From NCBI GenBank assembly GCA_963732385.1, contig CAVSZB010000001.1, forward strand, positions 64,001 to 128,000: 64,000 bases of DNA. Reading direction: 5' to 3'. This DNA is from an uncultured bacterium (GTDB lineage Bacteria > Krumholzibacteriota > Krumholzibacteriia > LZORAL124-64-63). The translations under genes were made by a program, and so were the position numbers. Below are positions 50,797-59,954 of this stretch, piece by piece (positions within the stretch are counted from its first letter, which is position 1; the number at the start of each line of letters is the position of its first letter). Below the pieces are notes generated by a model, which saw nothing but the letters and a program-made list of their open reading frames with translations, was not told where the DNA came from and searched no databases.

Positions 50797-51912
50797 CTAG
50801 TGTTGCTTCGTGGCTGCGACCCACATCGCGGCCCACACGAATCCACTCAGTTCACGGGCCACCGCGACGGCGACCTTGTTGCGATGCTTCGTCTTCTCCA
50901 GGTGATGGAATCGCCTGCCGAGTCGATGCTGGGCCTTCACGGCGATCGCGACCATTTCAGGATCCTGACCCATCCGGCGGCGATCGAGGATCAAGGTCGA
51001 GCCTACCCTGTACTGGTAGTGCCAAGCGGCTTCGACTAGGATCCGTCTTAGGAATGTGTTGCCCGCCTTGGTGATCGAACCACGATGTTGTTGCTCGCCG
51101 CTGGAGTGCTCCTTTGACACCAACCCCGTGTACCCCATCAGCCGGTCCGGGTGACTGAAGCGACGGATGTCTCCGATCTCGGTGACCAACGTCATCGCCG
51201 TCAGGGTCTTGATGCCGCGGAAGCACTGCAGCGCCTCGACGGTCGCCCGCCAGGGCTCGCGACAGGACCACTGCTCGATCTCGGCGTCGAGCGACCGCTG
51301 CTGAGACTCGAGGTACTCCAGGTGGTCGAGGTCGTAGGCCAGGACCGTCTGCAGCGGGCCCGTCATCTCGCGGCGCAACGTGGCCAGCCAGGCGCGATGC
51401 TGCTTCGTCCAATTGCTTTTGGTCCCGGTGAAACGATGTCCGTGGGTAGCCAGCACCCGGACGATCCGATGCTTGCTGCGCACGATCTGACGCTGCAGCG
51501 ACAGTCGGCATCGCACGAGCTGGCGTACCGCCTCTTGCTCCTCATCTGGTATCGTCACCGCCCGCAGATGGCCGCTGCGATACATGCGCGCCAAGCGCAC
51601 GGCATCCAGGCGATCGGTCTTGCGGTGATCGCCCGGGCAGCGGGGGATCAGACTCGGGGCGATCACCTCGCACTGGAACCCATCGTGGTCCAGGGCCCGC
51701 TGCAGGACGTAGCCTGCACCCGAGGCCTCGTAGCATGCCCGCGGGGAGCCCTGCTTGGTCAAGCGGCGGAAGAGCCGGCGAACCGCGTTGAGGTCCCCTG
51801 GCAACCGGACAATCTCCGGGATGTCCTTGTCTCCAAAGAGGATCGCCGCGGTGATGGACTCCTGGTGAACATCCATGCCCACCCAAACGGTCGCTGTGCT
51901 ATCGTGTGTCAT
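50797..51912 (-). CDS. IS110-family DEDD recombinase/transposase
   Basis: VGMDVH, CYEASG, KTDRLDA, GIKTLTA, SSG...GSITKAGN..LR..LVEAAW, AVAREL. Confidence 0.95.
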   Translation of the reverse strand: MTHDSTATVWVGMDVHQESITAAILFGDKDIPEIVRLPGDLNAVRRLFRRLTKQGSPRACYEASGAGYVLQRALDHDGFQCEVIAPSLIPRCPGDHRKTDRLDAVRLARMYRSGHLRAVTIPDEEQEAVRQLVRCRLSLQRQIVRSKHRIVRVLATHGHRFTGTKSNWTKQHRAWLATLRREMTGPLQTVLAYDLDHLEYLESQQRSLDAEIEQWSCREPWRATVEALQCFRGIKTLTAMTLVTEIGDIRRFSHPDRLMGYTGLVSKEHSSGEQQHRGSITKAGNTFLRRILVEAAWHYQYRVGSTLILDRRRMGQDPEMVAIAVKAQHRLGRRFHHLEKTKHRNKVAVAVARELSGFVWAAMWVAATKQH

Positions 51913-52195
51913 GGCTGGGTCCTTTCGTGAGCGGGAGTTTCGGCTCCCTAGTGTCCCTGGTCCGTGCGGACTAACACACGATACCCGAGGGGCCCAGCCG
52001 TTCCATTATGTCTAGCCCTGGGGGATCGTCGCCACAGCCCCATCAGGGGTCTCGGATTGACGATTCCCGCCGCAGGTCGCACATCCCGTCCTTGGCTCCA
52101 CGCCGGCCATCCGCTACGTTTGTCTCCGCCCCCGGCGCTGCCGCTTCCCTTCGCGCCGCGCCGCGCCTGTACCGTCACCATCCAGGAGTATGCGC

Positions 52196-52690
52196 ATGGA
52201 CGCCTGTCCCTGCGGTTCCGACCGCGCCTACGCCGATTGCTGCGAGCCGTGTATCCTCGGCGCCCGCCCCGCCGCCACCGCCGAACAGCTCATGCGCTCA
52301 CGCTACACCGCCTATGTGAAGCACGAGATCCCCTACCTGGTCGCCACCAGTCACCCGGATCACCGGGACGATCAGGACGAGGCGGGGATCCGCGAGTGGT
52401 CCGAGGGCAGCGAGTGGCACGGCCTGGAAATCCTGAACGTGGAGCAGGGCGGACCGGACGACGACGAAGGCGCCGTCGAGTTCGCCGCGGAATACAGCCA
52501 CGACGGCGACCGCACCCGCCACCACGAGCGCGCCACCTTCGCGAAGCGGGACGGCCTCTGGTACCTGGTGAAGGGTGAGCGCGTCAAACTGAAGCCGTTC
52601 GTGCGCGAAGAGGCGAAAACCGGCCGCAATGACCCCTGCCCGTGCGGCAGCGGGAAGAAGTTCAAGAAGTGTTGCGGCGTGGCGGGATGA
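52196..52690 (+). CDS. YchJ-family protein with SEC-C motif
   Basis: CPCGS...[36 protein letters not shown]. Confidence 0.9.
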   Translation: MDACPCGSDRAYADCCEPCILGARPAATAEQLMRSRYTAYVKHEIPYLVATSHPDHRDDQDEAGIREWSEGSEWHGLEILNVEQGGPDDDEGAVEFAAEYSHDGDRTRHHERATFAKRDGLWYLVKGERVKLKPFVREEAKTGRNDPCPCGSGKKFKKCCGVAG

Positions 52691-52709
52691 GCCGGCCCGG
52701 GCGCGACGC

Positions 52710-52898
52710 CTAATCCTCCCGCGCCCCGCCTCCCCCGGAGGCGAGCACCCACCCCATGAGCGCGCCGAGCCCGGCGCTCAGGAGCGGGCTCGAGGTGATG
52801 CCTCAGGTGCCGCCCGAGCAGCGGGCGGCCCACGACACCAGCCAGCCGATGCCGGCGCCGAGCAGCGGGGCCGCGAGGGTGATGATCCGCCTGCGCAT
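52710..52898 (-). CDS. DUF6132-like two-TM protein with in-frame TGA (candidate selenocysteine at residue 32)
   Basis: RBS GAAGGAGAGAGG; MRRRIITLAAPLLGAGIGWLVSWAARCSGGT-[TGA 52803-52805]-GITSSPLLSAGLGALMGWVLASGGGGARED-TAG. Confidence 0.72.
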
Positions 52899-53031
52899 TT
52901 CGCCTCTCTCCTTCCTCAGGTCCGACCCAGTATAGCCGCCCTTCCGCCTGGACGCCGCCCGTCCCGGCGGCCATCATTATGGGAGCCCGCGCGCGATCAC
53001 CGTGCGCGCCGCCGCTCTTGAGGAGGTTCCC

Positions 53032-54237
53032 ATGGACAGCCGCCGCACCGCCATCAAGCCCGCCTCGCGTACCGACAACATTTTGTACGCCGTGCGCGAC
53101 ATCGTCATGCTTGCCGACCAGGTCGCGAAGACGGGCAAGGAGATGCTGTACCTGAACATTGGCGACCCCAACAAGTTCGATTTCGTCACGCCGCCGCACA
53201 TGATCGAAGCGGTGCATCGGGCGATGCTGGCGAACGAGTGCGGCTACACGCCTTCTTCAGGGATCAGGGAGGCGCGGGAGGCGATCGAGCGGCGGGCCGC
53301 GAGTCAGGGCATCCGCAACATCCAGGACCTCTTCGTCACCCATGGCGCGAGCGAGGCGATCGAGGTCGCGCTGACCTCGCTGGCCGAGGAGGGCGACAAC
53401 GTCCTCACGCCGGCGCCCGGCTACCCTCTCTATACGGCGGTGTTGTCGAAACTGAAGGTGCGCGAGAATCCGTATTACCTCGACGAGGCGAACGGGTGGC
53501 AGCCCGACCCGGCCGACATCGCGTCCCGGATCGACGACCGCACCCGCGCCATCGTCCTGATCAATCCGAACAACCCCACCGGATCGGTGTGCAGCCGCGA
53601 AACGCTGCTCGGGGTGCTCAAGGTGGCGCGGGAGCGCGGCCTGGTGGTGTTCGCCGACGAGATCTACGACCGGCTGCTCTACGCGGGCGAGCAGCACATC
53701 TCGATCGCCTCGCTCGATTCGGACGCCCCGGTCATCACCTTCAACGGACTGTCGAAATCGTATGTGGCGCCCGGCTGGCGCATCGGCTGGGGCATCGTCA
53801 GCGGCGACAGGGCCGTGCTCGCGCCCTGGATGGAGGCGATGAACAAGATCCTGCGCGCCCGACTCTGCGCGAACGCCCCGATGCAGGCGGCGATCCGGCC
53901 GGCCCTCGAAGGCCCGCAGGATCATCTGCGGGAGGTGCTCGGCAAGCTCGAGCGCCGTGGCGACCTGACCTGTCGCATGCTCAACGCCATTCCCGGCGTC
54001 TCCTGCGTGAAGCCGCGCTCCGCGTTCTACGCCTTCCCGAAAATCGACATCCCGGGCGGCGATCTGCCTTTCGTGCAGGAGCTGCTCAAGGAGACCGGCG
54101 TGGTGGTCGTGCACGGCAGCGGCTTCGGTCAGGTGCCCGGCACGCAGCACTTCCGCGTCGTGTACCTGCCGCCGGAGGATGTGCTGACGAAGGCGTACGA
54201 GAAGATGGGGGCCTTCGTGCGGGCGTACCGGGGCTAG
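53032..54237 (+). CDS. Class I/II PLP-dependent aminotransferase (AlaA-like)
   Basis: LNIGDP; INPNNPTG; ADEIYD; NGLSKSY..PGWRIGW. Confidence 0.9.
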   Translation: MDSRRTAIKPASRTDNILYAVRDIVMLADQVAKTGKEMLYLNIGDPNKFDFVTPPHMIEAVHRAMLANECGYTPSSGIREAREAIERRAASQGIRNIQDLFVTHGASEAIEVALTSLAEEGDNVLTPAPGYPLYTAVLSKLKVRENPYYLDEANGWQPDPADIASRIDDRTRAIVLINPNNPTGSVCSRETLLGVLKVARERGLVVFADEIYDRLLYAGEQHISIASLDSDAPVITFNGLSKSYVAPGWRIGWGIVSGDRAVLAPWMEAMNKILRARLCANAPMQAAIRPALEGPQDHLREVLGKLERRGDLTCRMLNAIPGVSCVKPRSAFYAFPKIDIPGGDLPFVQELLKETGVVVVHGSGFGQVPGTQHFRVVYLPPEDVLTKAYEKMGAFVRAYRG

Positions 54238-54272
54238 GGTCGCCGCGCGCGCCGCGCGCCAGGCGCCGGGGA

Positions 54273-55049
54273 TCAGGCGGTCTCGCGCCAGCCGACGATC
54301 GACGCGAACCGCTCCGCCCGCTCCCCCTCGCGCCGCCAGCTCGGGAAGAGATCGTTGCGGCAGAGGGTGCAGACCCCGGCCACGGTGATGTGTGCGGGGG
54401 GGACCCCCGCGCGCCGGAGCTGGTCGACGTTGGCGGCCCAGAGATCGAACACGAAGCGGCCGTCGTCGCGGGCCGCGAAGAATCGGTCGGCGTGCGGCCC
54501 GATGCCCGACAGTGCCGTGGCCCGCACCTCGGCGCCGACCTCGTAGCAACACGGTCCCGCCGACGGGGCGATCGCGCAGACCAGGCGCGCCGGATCGGCG
54601 CCACCGTGCGCGACCATCGTTGCGATCAGCCGTCCGGTGATGCCCTGGACCGTGGAGCGCCACGAGGCGTGCGCCATGCCGGCCACCCTGGACACGGGGT
54701 CCGCCGCGAGCACGATCGGACAGTCGGCGCTGCGCCCGATCACCCCGAGTCCGTCCGCGTGCGTGACGAGACCGTCGGCCTCGCCGGCGAGACCGCCCCG
54801 CCCGGCGACCAGCACGGTGGCTCCGTGCACCTGCCGACACCACGCCGCGTCGCGCAGCCCGACGGTTGCGGCCAGAGTTGCGCAGGCCGTGGCGGTGGCG
54901 GGGGATGCGGCGTGTGGCCCGAAAATCGGTCCGCGGCGCGTCGTGACGGCGTGTGCCAGGCCGGCCAGCCCGGTCAGCGCGGGGAACTCCCCGACGCTCC
55001 AGCCGCCCGGCAGATCGCGCAACGGCAAGGTGTGGGGGAGCGATGTCAT
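54273..55049 (-). CDS. YfiH/PgeF (polyphenol oxidase/purine nucleoside phosphorylase-like) family protein
   Basis: QVHG; ADGLVT; SADCPI; HASWR; CCYEVG; CT.C...FPSWRR. Confidence 0.85.
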   Translation of the reverse strand: MTSLPHTLPLRDLPGGWSVGEFPALTGLAGLAHAVTTRRGPIFGPHAASPATATACATLAATVGLRDAAWCRQVHGATVLVAGRGGLAGEADGLVTHADGLGVIGRSADCPIVLAADPVSRVAGMAHASWRSTVQGITGRLIATMVAHGGADPARLVCAIAPSAGPCCYEVGAEVRATALSGIGPHADRFFAARDDGRFVFDLWAANVDQLRRAGVPPAHITVAGVCTLCRNDLFPSWRREGERAERFASIVGWRETA

Positions 55050-55263
55050 GCCGCCCGAGCCTCCAGACGGCGAACCATAGCGGCTGGCCGGGATCCGTGC
55101 CAGCGCTGCGGCGTCCGGAAACGTCGAGCCGGGTGTTGGCGATTGCGCATCTTCTCTCCCGGTGTTGAGATGGGCGCGCGGCACGATCACAAGGACGGCG
55201 CGACATCGCTCCGGCCAGTCACGCCGCGGCGCTGGACACGCCTGCCGGCGGGGAAGGGATCCC

Positions 55264-56175
55264 TTGACTCACGACCGCCCTGAAGGCCGACTCGATCGCG
55301 CGGGGCTGCTCTATCTAGGCATCGTCTACGTTGTCTGGGGCAGCACTTATTTGGCGATCCGGCTCGCGGTGCGCCCGGGCGCCGGCTTTCCCCCCTTCAC
55401 GCTCGGTGCGTTGCGCGTGCTCGTGGCGGCCGGCATCCTGTTCGCGGCGGCGGCGCTGACCCGTCAGCGCCTGTGGCCACGAAAGGCCGAGTTGCCGGTC
55501 CTGATCGGCGGCGGGCTGCTGCTCTGGCCGCTCGCCAACGGGCTGGTCGTGCTGGGCGAGACCCGCGCCGACTCCGGTTTTGCCGCGCTGCTCGTCGGTT
55601 CGATGCCGATCTGGGTGGCGATAATGGAAGCGCACCTCGACCGCCGGCTGCCGACCTTGAGGTTCATGGGGTCGCTGCTGATCGGGTTTGCCGGCGTGGC
55701 GCTGCTCGCCTGGCCGGTGCTGCGTTCTGGCGCGCGGGCCGACGTGCTGGCCGTCGTGGCGCTGCTGGCCGCTCCGATCACCTGGGGCGCCGGATCGCTC
55801 TGGCAGCGGCGGCGGCCGGTGGCGCTGGCGCCGCTGGCGTCGGCGGCGTGGCAGCAGTTCTTCGGCGGGCTCGGGTTCATCGTGGCCGTGCTGGTGCTGC
55901 GCGAACCGCGGCCGGCCCCCACGCCGGCCGCCTGGGGCGCCTGGGCCTACCTGACGCTGTTCGGCTCGGTGATCGCCTTCACTTCCTATGTGCAGACGCT
56001 GCGCCGTCTGCCGATGCGGATCGTCTCCACCTACGCCTACGTCAACCCGGTCGTGGCGGTGGGGCTCGGCTGGGTCGTCCTGCGGGAACAGGTGACCGGG
56101 TGGACGCTCGCCGGCGCCTCGCTGGTGCTGCTCGGTGTGGCGGGGGTGTTCCACGAGCGGGGGCGGCGGACCTGA
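55264..56175 (+). CDS. EamA/DMT-family transporter
   Basis: VYVVWGSTYLAIR; FGSVIAF; YAYVNPVVAV; about ten TMs. Confidence 0.88.
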   Translation: MTHDRPEGRLDRAGLLYLGIVYVVWGSTYLAIRLAVRPGAGFPPFTLGALRVLVAAGILFAAAALTRQRLWPRKAELPVLIGGGLLLWPLANGLVVLGETRADSGFAALLVGSMPIWVAIMEAHLDRRLPTLRFMGSLLIGFAGVALLAWPVLRSGARADVLAVVALLAAPITWGAGSLWQRRRPVALAPLASAAWQQFFGGLGFIVAVLVLREPRPAPTPAAWGAWAYLTLFGSVIAFTSYVQTLRRLPMRIVSTYAYVNPVVAVGLGWVVLREQVTGWTLAGASLVLLGVAGVFHERGRRT

Positions 56176-56354
56176 CCCGCGTCGCCGCCCGGCTTTGGCA
56201 CGACTCTCGCATGGGTCGCGGCGCGCGGCGTTCCCCGGACGGCGCGCCAGGGCGCGCGCGGGCTCGCGCGGCACGATTGGGGACCGACGGGCGGCCCGAT
56301 ACTGTCCGGCAAGACCCCGGAACAGACGTTTCCCGCCCTTCAGGAGGACTGGTT

Positions 56355-57350
56355 ATGTTCCACTCACGCTCATTTTCGGCCGCTCTGGCACTGGCTCTCG
56401 GGCTGTCTTTCGCGATGACGGGCGTCGCGGCTCCGGCGGCGGCCCAGACCGACACCAGTGATCAGGAACTTCAAAATCTGCTCGAGGATGTCGGCATCGA
56501 GTATGCCCAGGGCTATCTCGCACCGCTGATCCAGACGCTCGGCGTGAACCAGAACAGTGGCCTCTACACCACCGCGTCGGTTCCGCGCGGGAAGCTGACC
56601 TTCTCCTTCGGCCTGAAGGCGATGGGCAGCCGCCTCGCGGACGCCGACTCGGCCTTCAGCCGCGTGCTCGACGTCACGCTCGACGAGACCTACGGCGTGA
56701 ATCCGGGCGATCCCGGCTACGGCGAGCAGGGCGTGGTGGAGATGACCGGCCCCACGGTGTTCGGCAACGAAAGCCGCAGGGGCGCAATCCGCGCTTACTA
56801 TCTCGGCGCTCTGGTGGCCGAGGAGGAGGGGATCGAGGGGCTGATCGACACCCACTGGTCGCCGCTCGTCATGCCCGAGGTGTCGGTTGGCGGTATTGCC
56901 GGCATGCGCGTGACGGTGCGCTGGCTGCCCGAGATCGACGCCGGCGACGCCGGCAAGATCAAGCTGTGGGGCTGGGGCCTGCAGTACGGCCTCACCTCGG
57001 CCATGCCCAACCTGCCGGTCGACGTGATGGTCGGCTTCTTCAAGCAGAACCTCGACATTGGCAACGTCATCGAGACCGACGCCACGAGCTGGTTCCTGGC
57101 CGCGAGCAAGAGTTTCAGTGTCCTCACCCTCTACGGCGGCGCCGCGAAGGAGAGTTCCAATTTCAAGGCCCACTACACCTGGAACCGCAGCGACGGCTCC
57201 GAGGTCCCGGTGGCGCTCGAGGTCGAAGGCACGCAGAAGAGCCGCTTCACGCTGGGCGCCTCCCTCGCCATCGGAGTGCGGCTGAACGCCGACGTGAACA
57301 TCGGCAGCGAACTCACAACCTACACGGCGGGGCTCGGCTTCGGGTTCTGA
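56355..57350 (+). CDS. Secreted/outer-membrane beta-barrel-like protein (DUF6588-like)
   Basis: RBS AGGAGG; signal peptide; GYLAPL, PTVFG, VRWLP, WGLQY; ends in GLGFGF. Confidence 0.65.
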   Translation: MFHSRSFSAALALALGLSFAMTGVAAPAAAQTDTSDQELQNLLEDVGIEYAQGYLAPLIQTLGVNQNSGLYTTASVPRGKLTFSFGLKAMGSRLADADSAFSRVLDVTLDETYGVNPGDPGYGEQGVVEMTGPTVFGNESRRGAIRAYYLGALVAEEEGIEGLIDTHWSPLVMPEVSVGGIAGMRVTVRWLPEIDAGDAGKIKLWGWGLQYGLTSAMPNLPVDVMVGFFKQNLDIGNVIETDATSWFLAASKSFSVLTLYGGAAKESSNFKAHYTWNRSDGSEVPVALEVEGTQKSRFTLGASLAIGVRLNADVNIGSELTTYTAGLGFGF

Positions 57351-57900
57351 CCACGGGCGGAGCGCCCGCCAAGAGCGGACGTTCCGCAGTAACAGCAGGG
57401 GCGACCCGGGTCGGGTGATCCGGGTCGCTGTCGTCTGTTTCCGGCCTCGTCGGGTCGCCACGGTCGGGCTGGCTATCAACGACCTGCGCGGAAAGCTGGT
57501 GCGGGCACCGGAAGCGGGTCCCCGGTAAGTAGATCGCCACCAGGCAGACCGGGACGGCGACGAGACACGAAGATCAGATGGGGGCCCAGGCCGGCGTTAT
57601 TGCCGGGATTCGGCCAGCAGGGCGCTGTTATTCCGGTAACAGCACCGCGACCGTTCGCATAAAGCCGGGGCGGTCGTTCCTCTGTGGATGACGAGAGGTT
57701 GATTCGCTGCCCGCCATGCTATACTATCACCCAGTCGCCCCCTGGCGTCACTCACGGGATGCCGCATCAGGCGGTTCGCTCCTCGCTGGCCATCCCGTTT
57801 CGCCCATCGCCCATCACTTGTTCGCCTGCCTGCCCCGCGTACTGCTCGGGTCGGCAGCGCGACCGCTTGTGGGTCGGGATGGCAGCGAAAGGGAGTGGCG

Positions 57901-58506
57901 ATGGCCGAGAAGCTCGAAGCGGGCGGCGCGCAGGTCTTGCACGGACACACATCTGCAGGCACCGGTTCGTGGGTCTCGTCCAGATCCCATCCGCCGCGGG
58001 TCATCGTCAAGCCGCTCGAGGCACCGCTGCAGCACCCGCTCTCCAAGCGCGACGTCCAGTTCATCCTGTCGGTGCTGCCGTCGCACTCGACGGCGGGACT
58101 GCGCTCGGTGAGCCTGCTCGACGTCCGCACGCGGCCCGACGGGGCGCCGGTTTTCGCCAGCTACCGGCACGCCGGATTTCTCCGACTGCATGCGGTGTCG
58201 ACGTTGCCCTGGTTGATTCCTGCCCTGCCGACGGACGCGGCCGTGGAATTCCGCCAGTACGGAGCGCTTGTCGAGATGCTGTCTGACGGCAGGTCGCGGG
58301 TGGCGTGGCCCGGCGACGCCCTGCGTCTGTACTACGCGCTCGGCGTGATGCTGCCCGGGGTGGCGTGGCACCGGCGGGAGCGGGATGACGGCGTCGAGCG
58401 GGAGGGGGACGTACGCTGGCTCGGCGCGCACGCCGAGCCGTGGTGGGTCTCCGACGCGGCGCTGCGCCAGTGGTCGGACCTGCTGCGGGGGCGTGCCGCT
58501 TTCTGA
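57901..58506 (+). CDS. Hypothetical protein
   Basis: GC3-biased ORF with GGAG upstream; no family recognised. Confidence 0.55.
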   Translation: MAEKLEAGGAQVLHGHTSAGTGSWVSSRSHPPRVIVKPLEAPLQHPLSKRDVQFILSVLPSHSTAGLRSVSLLDVRTRPDGAPVFASYRHAGFLRLHAVSTLPWLIPALPTDAAVEFRQYGALVEMLSDGRSRVAWPGDALRLYYALGVMLPGVAWHRRERDDGVEREGDVRWLGAHAEPWWVSDAALRQWSDLLRGRAAF

Positions 58507-58574
58507 CGGATCCGCCTCGCCGGCCTCGCGCCGCAGCGCGAGCGCCGGACGTTCCGCCCGCCCGCCGGGCGCGG

Positions 58575-59954
58575 TCAGTCGCGCAGGTTCTCGTCGCTGC
58601 CGCCGTCGTCGTAGAGGCCGACGAGCTTCGCCACCAGGCCGCGCGCGTCGCGGGCGAATTCTGCCTGGAAAGTATCGACCCCTTCGAGCAGGAACAGGTC
58701 GTCGCCCGCCGGGATCAGCCGGCGGCGCGGTCCGTTCTCCCGCTGGTACATCAGGACGCCGTTCTCAAGCGTGATCCGCCGTGGGCCGTAGCTCCCGACG
58801 TACGCCCGCAACGCCTTCGTTTCGAGCCGGACAGGCATGGCCAGCGCCCGGACCCGCGTGCGGGCCCAGGCGATCCGCTGCGCCGTCTCCACGCCATTGT
58901 CGCGGCCAGCCGCGCGCGCGGCGAGGGAGTCGAGCGCCGCCAGGTGTGCCGTGGCCAGAGCCTGATCGGACGCGACCTTCACGTCCGGTTCCACGCCGGT
59001 CCCCTCCCAGTTCGTGCCGGTGATCGGGTTGATCGCGCGGCCGAACGGGATCATGGCGCCGATGTTCAGGCCGGCGAACGCCACCCGGCTGACCGGATGG
59101 GCGCCGCCCCCGGTTGTCTCGCCGACGATCGTGGCGCGCTTCAGGTTCTTCAGGTTGTAGGTGAACTCCTCCGCCGCGGAGAAGGTGCGGGAGCTGGTGA
59201 GGACGAAGACCGGCACGCCGTCGAGCCGGGGACCGGCCACGTTCGCCTGGGTCCAGAACTGCATGGTGGAGCCGTCGCGCCGGACAAAGAAGTCGTTCAG
59301 GTGCGTCGGCTCGGCGAACAGGTAGCTGCACAGCAGCTGGATCATCGACGGCGAGCCGCCGCCGTTCTGGCGCAGGTCGATGATGAGCGCGTCGCTGTGG
59401 GCGAGGAAGTTCATGGCGGCTACAGCCGTGGCCCCGGCCGCCCCGGCGTCGGCGAACTGCCGCAGGTCGAGATAACCGATGTTGCCGTTCAGCCGCTCCA
59501 GCTTCTCGAAGCCGAAGTTGCGACGGGCCGCCTCGGCGATCCGGATACGCGCGCGCTCCGCGTCGGTGATCCCGGGGCGGTTCTCGGGCGCCTCGGGCGG
59601 CGCGGGGAAGACCCGCAGGTGGAGATCGTGGCTGACCGAATGCAGGTCTGCCGTGAGCCGCCGCGTGAAGTCGGGGACCGCGGTCAGGGCGTTGTAGCTC
59701 CCCTCCGCCAGCCGGGCTCGCAGCAGTTCGCCCATCCGGCGGGCGATGTCGGGAAAGACGTAGGTGGAGTCGAGCGCGGCGCAGAGGCTGTCTACGGTCG
59801 CGGCCCGGGACGCGGTGTCGAGAGGAGGCAGTTCGCGCGCTCCGGGCGGACCCGACGACTGCGCCGACGCGGGAGCGCCGATCAGGCAGGGCAGAAGCGA
59901 CAGGAGGAATACGGCCGCGGCGGCGCGGCGCGCGCAGAGCCTACGAGCAGTCAT
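58575..59954 (-). CDS. S41-family peptidase (secreted)
   Basis: Signal peptide; NIGYL; IIDLRQNGGG; TFSAAEEF; GETTGGGAHP; WEGTGVEPD. Confidence 0.92.
   Translation of the reverse strand: MTARRLCARRAAAAVFLLSLLPCLIGAPASAQSSGPPGARELPPLDTASRAATVDSLCAALDSTYVFPDIARRMGELLRARLAEGSYNALTAVPDFTRRLTADLHSVSHDLHLRVFPAPPEAPENRPGITDAERARIRIAEAARRNFGFEKLERLNGNIGYLDLRQFADAGAAGATAVAAMNFLAHSDALIIDLRQNGGGSPSMIQLLCSYLFAEPTHLNDFFVRRDGSTMQFWTQANVAGPRLDGVPVFVLTSSRTFSAAEEFTYNLKNLKRATIVGETTGGGAHPVSRVAFAGLNIGAMIPFGRAINPITGTNWEGTGVEPDVKVASDQALATAHLAALDSLAARAAGRDNGVETAQRIAWARTRVRALAMPVRLETKALRAYVGSYGPRRITLENGVLMYQRENGPRRRLIPAGDDLFLLEGVDTFQAEFARDARGLVAKLVGLYDDGGSDENLRD

Larger units (their letters stand above)
50540..52013 (-). 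mobile_element. Complete IS110-family (IS1111-type) insertion sequence
   Basis: 11-bp sub-terminal IRs ATGGAACGGCT (50543-50553) and AGCCGTTCCAT (51996-52006), 3 and 7 nt from the inferred ends; joined ends give TTGACT-N17-CATAAT; no target duplication. Confidence 0.88.
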
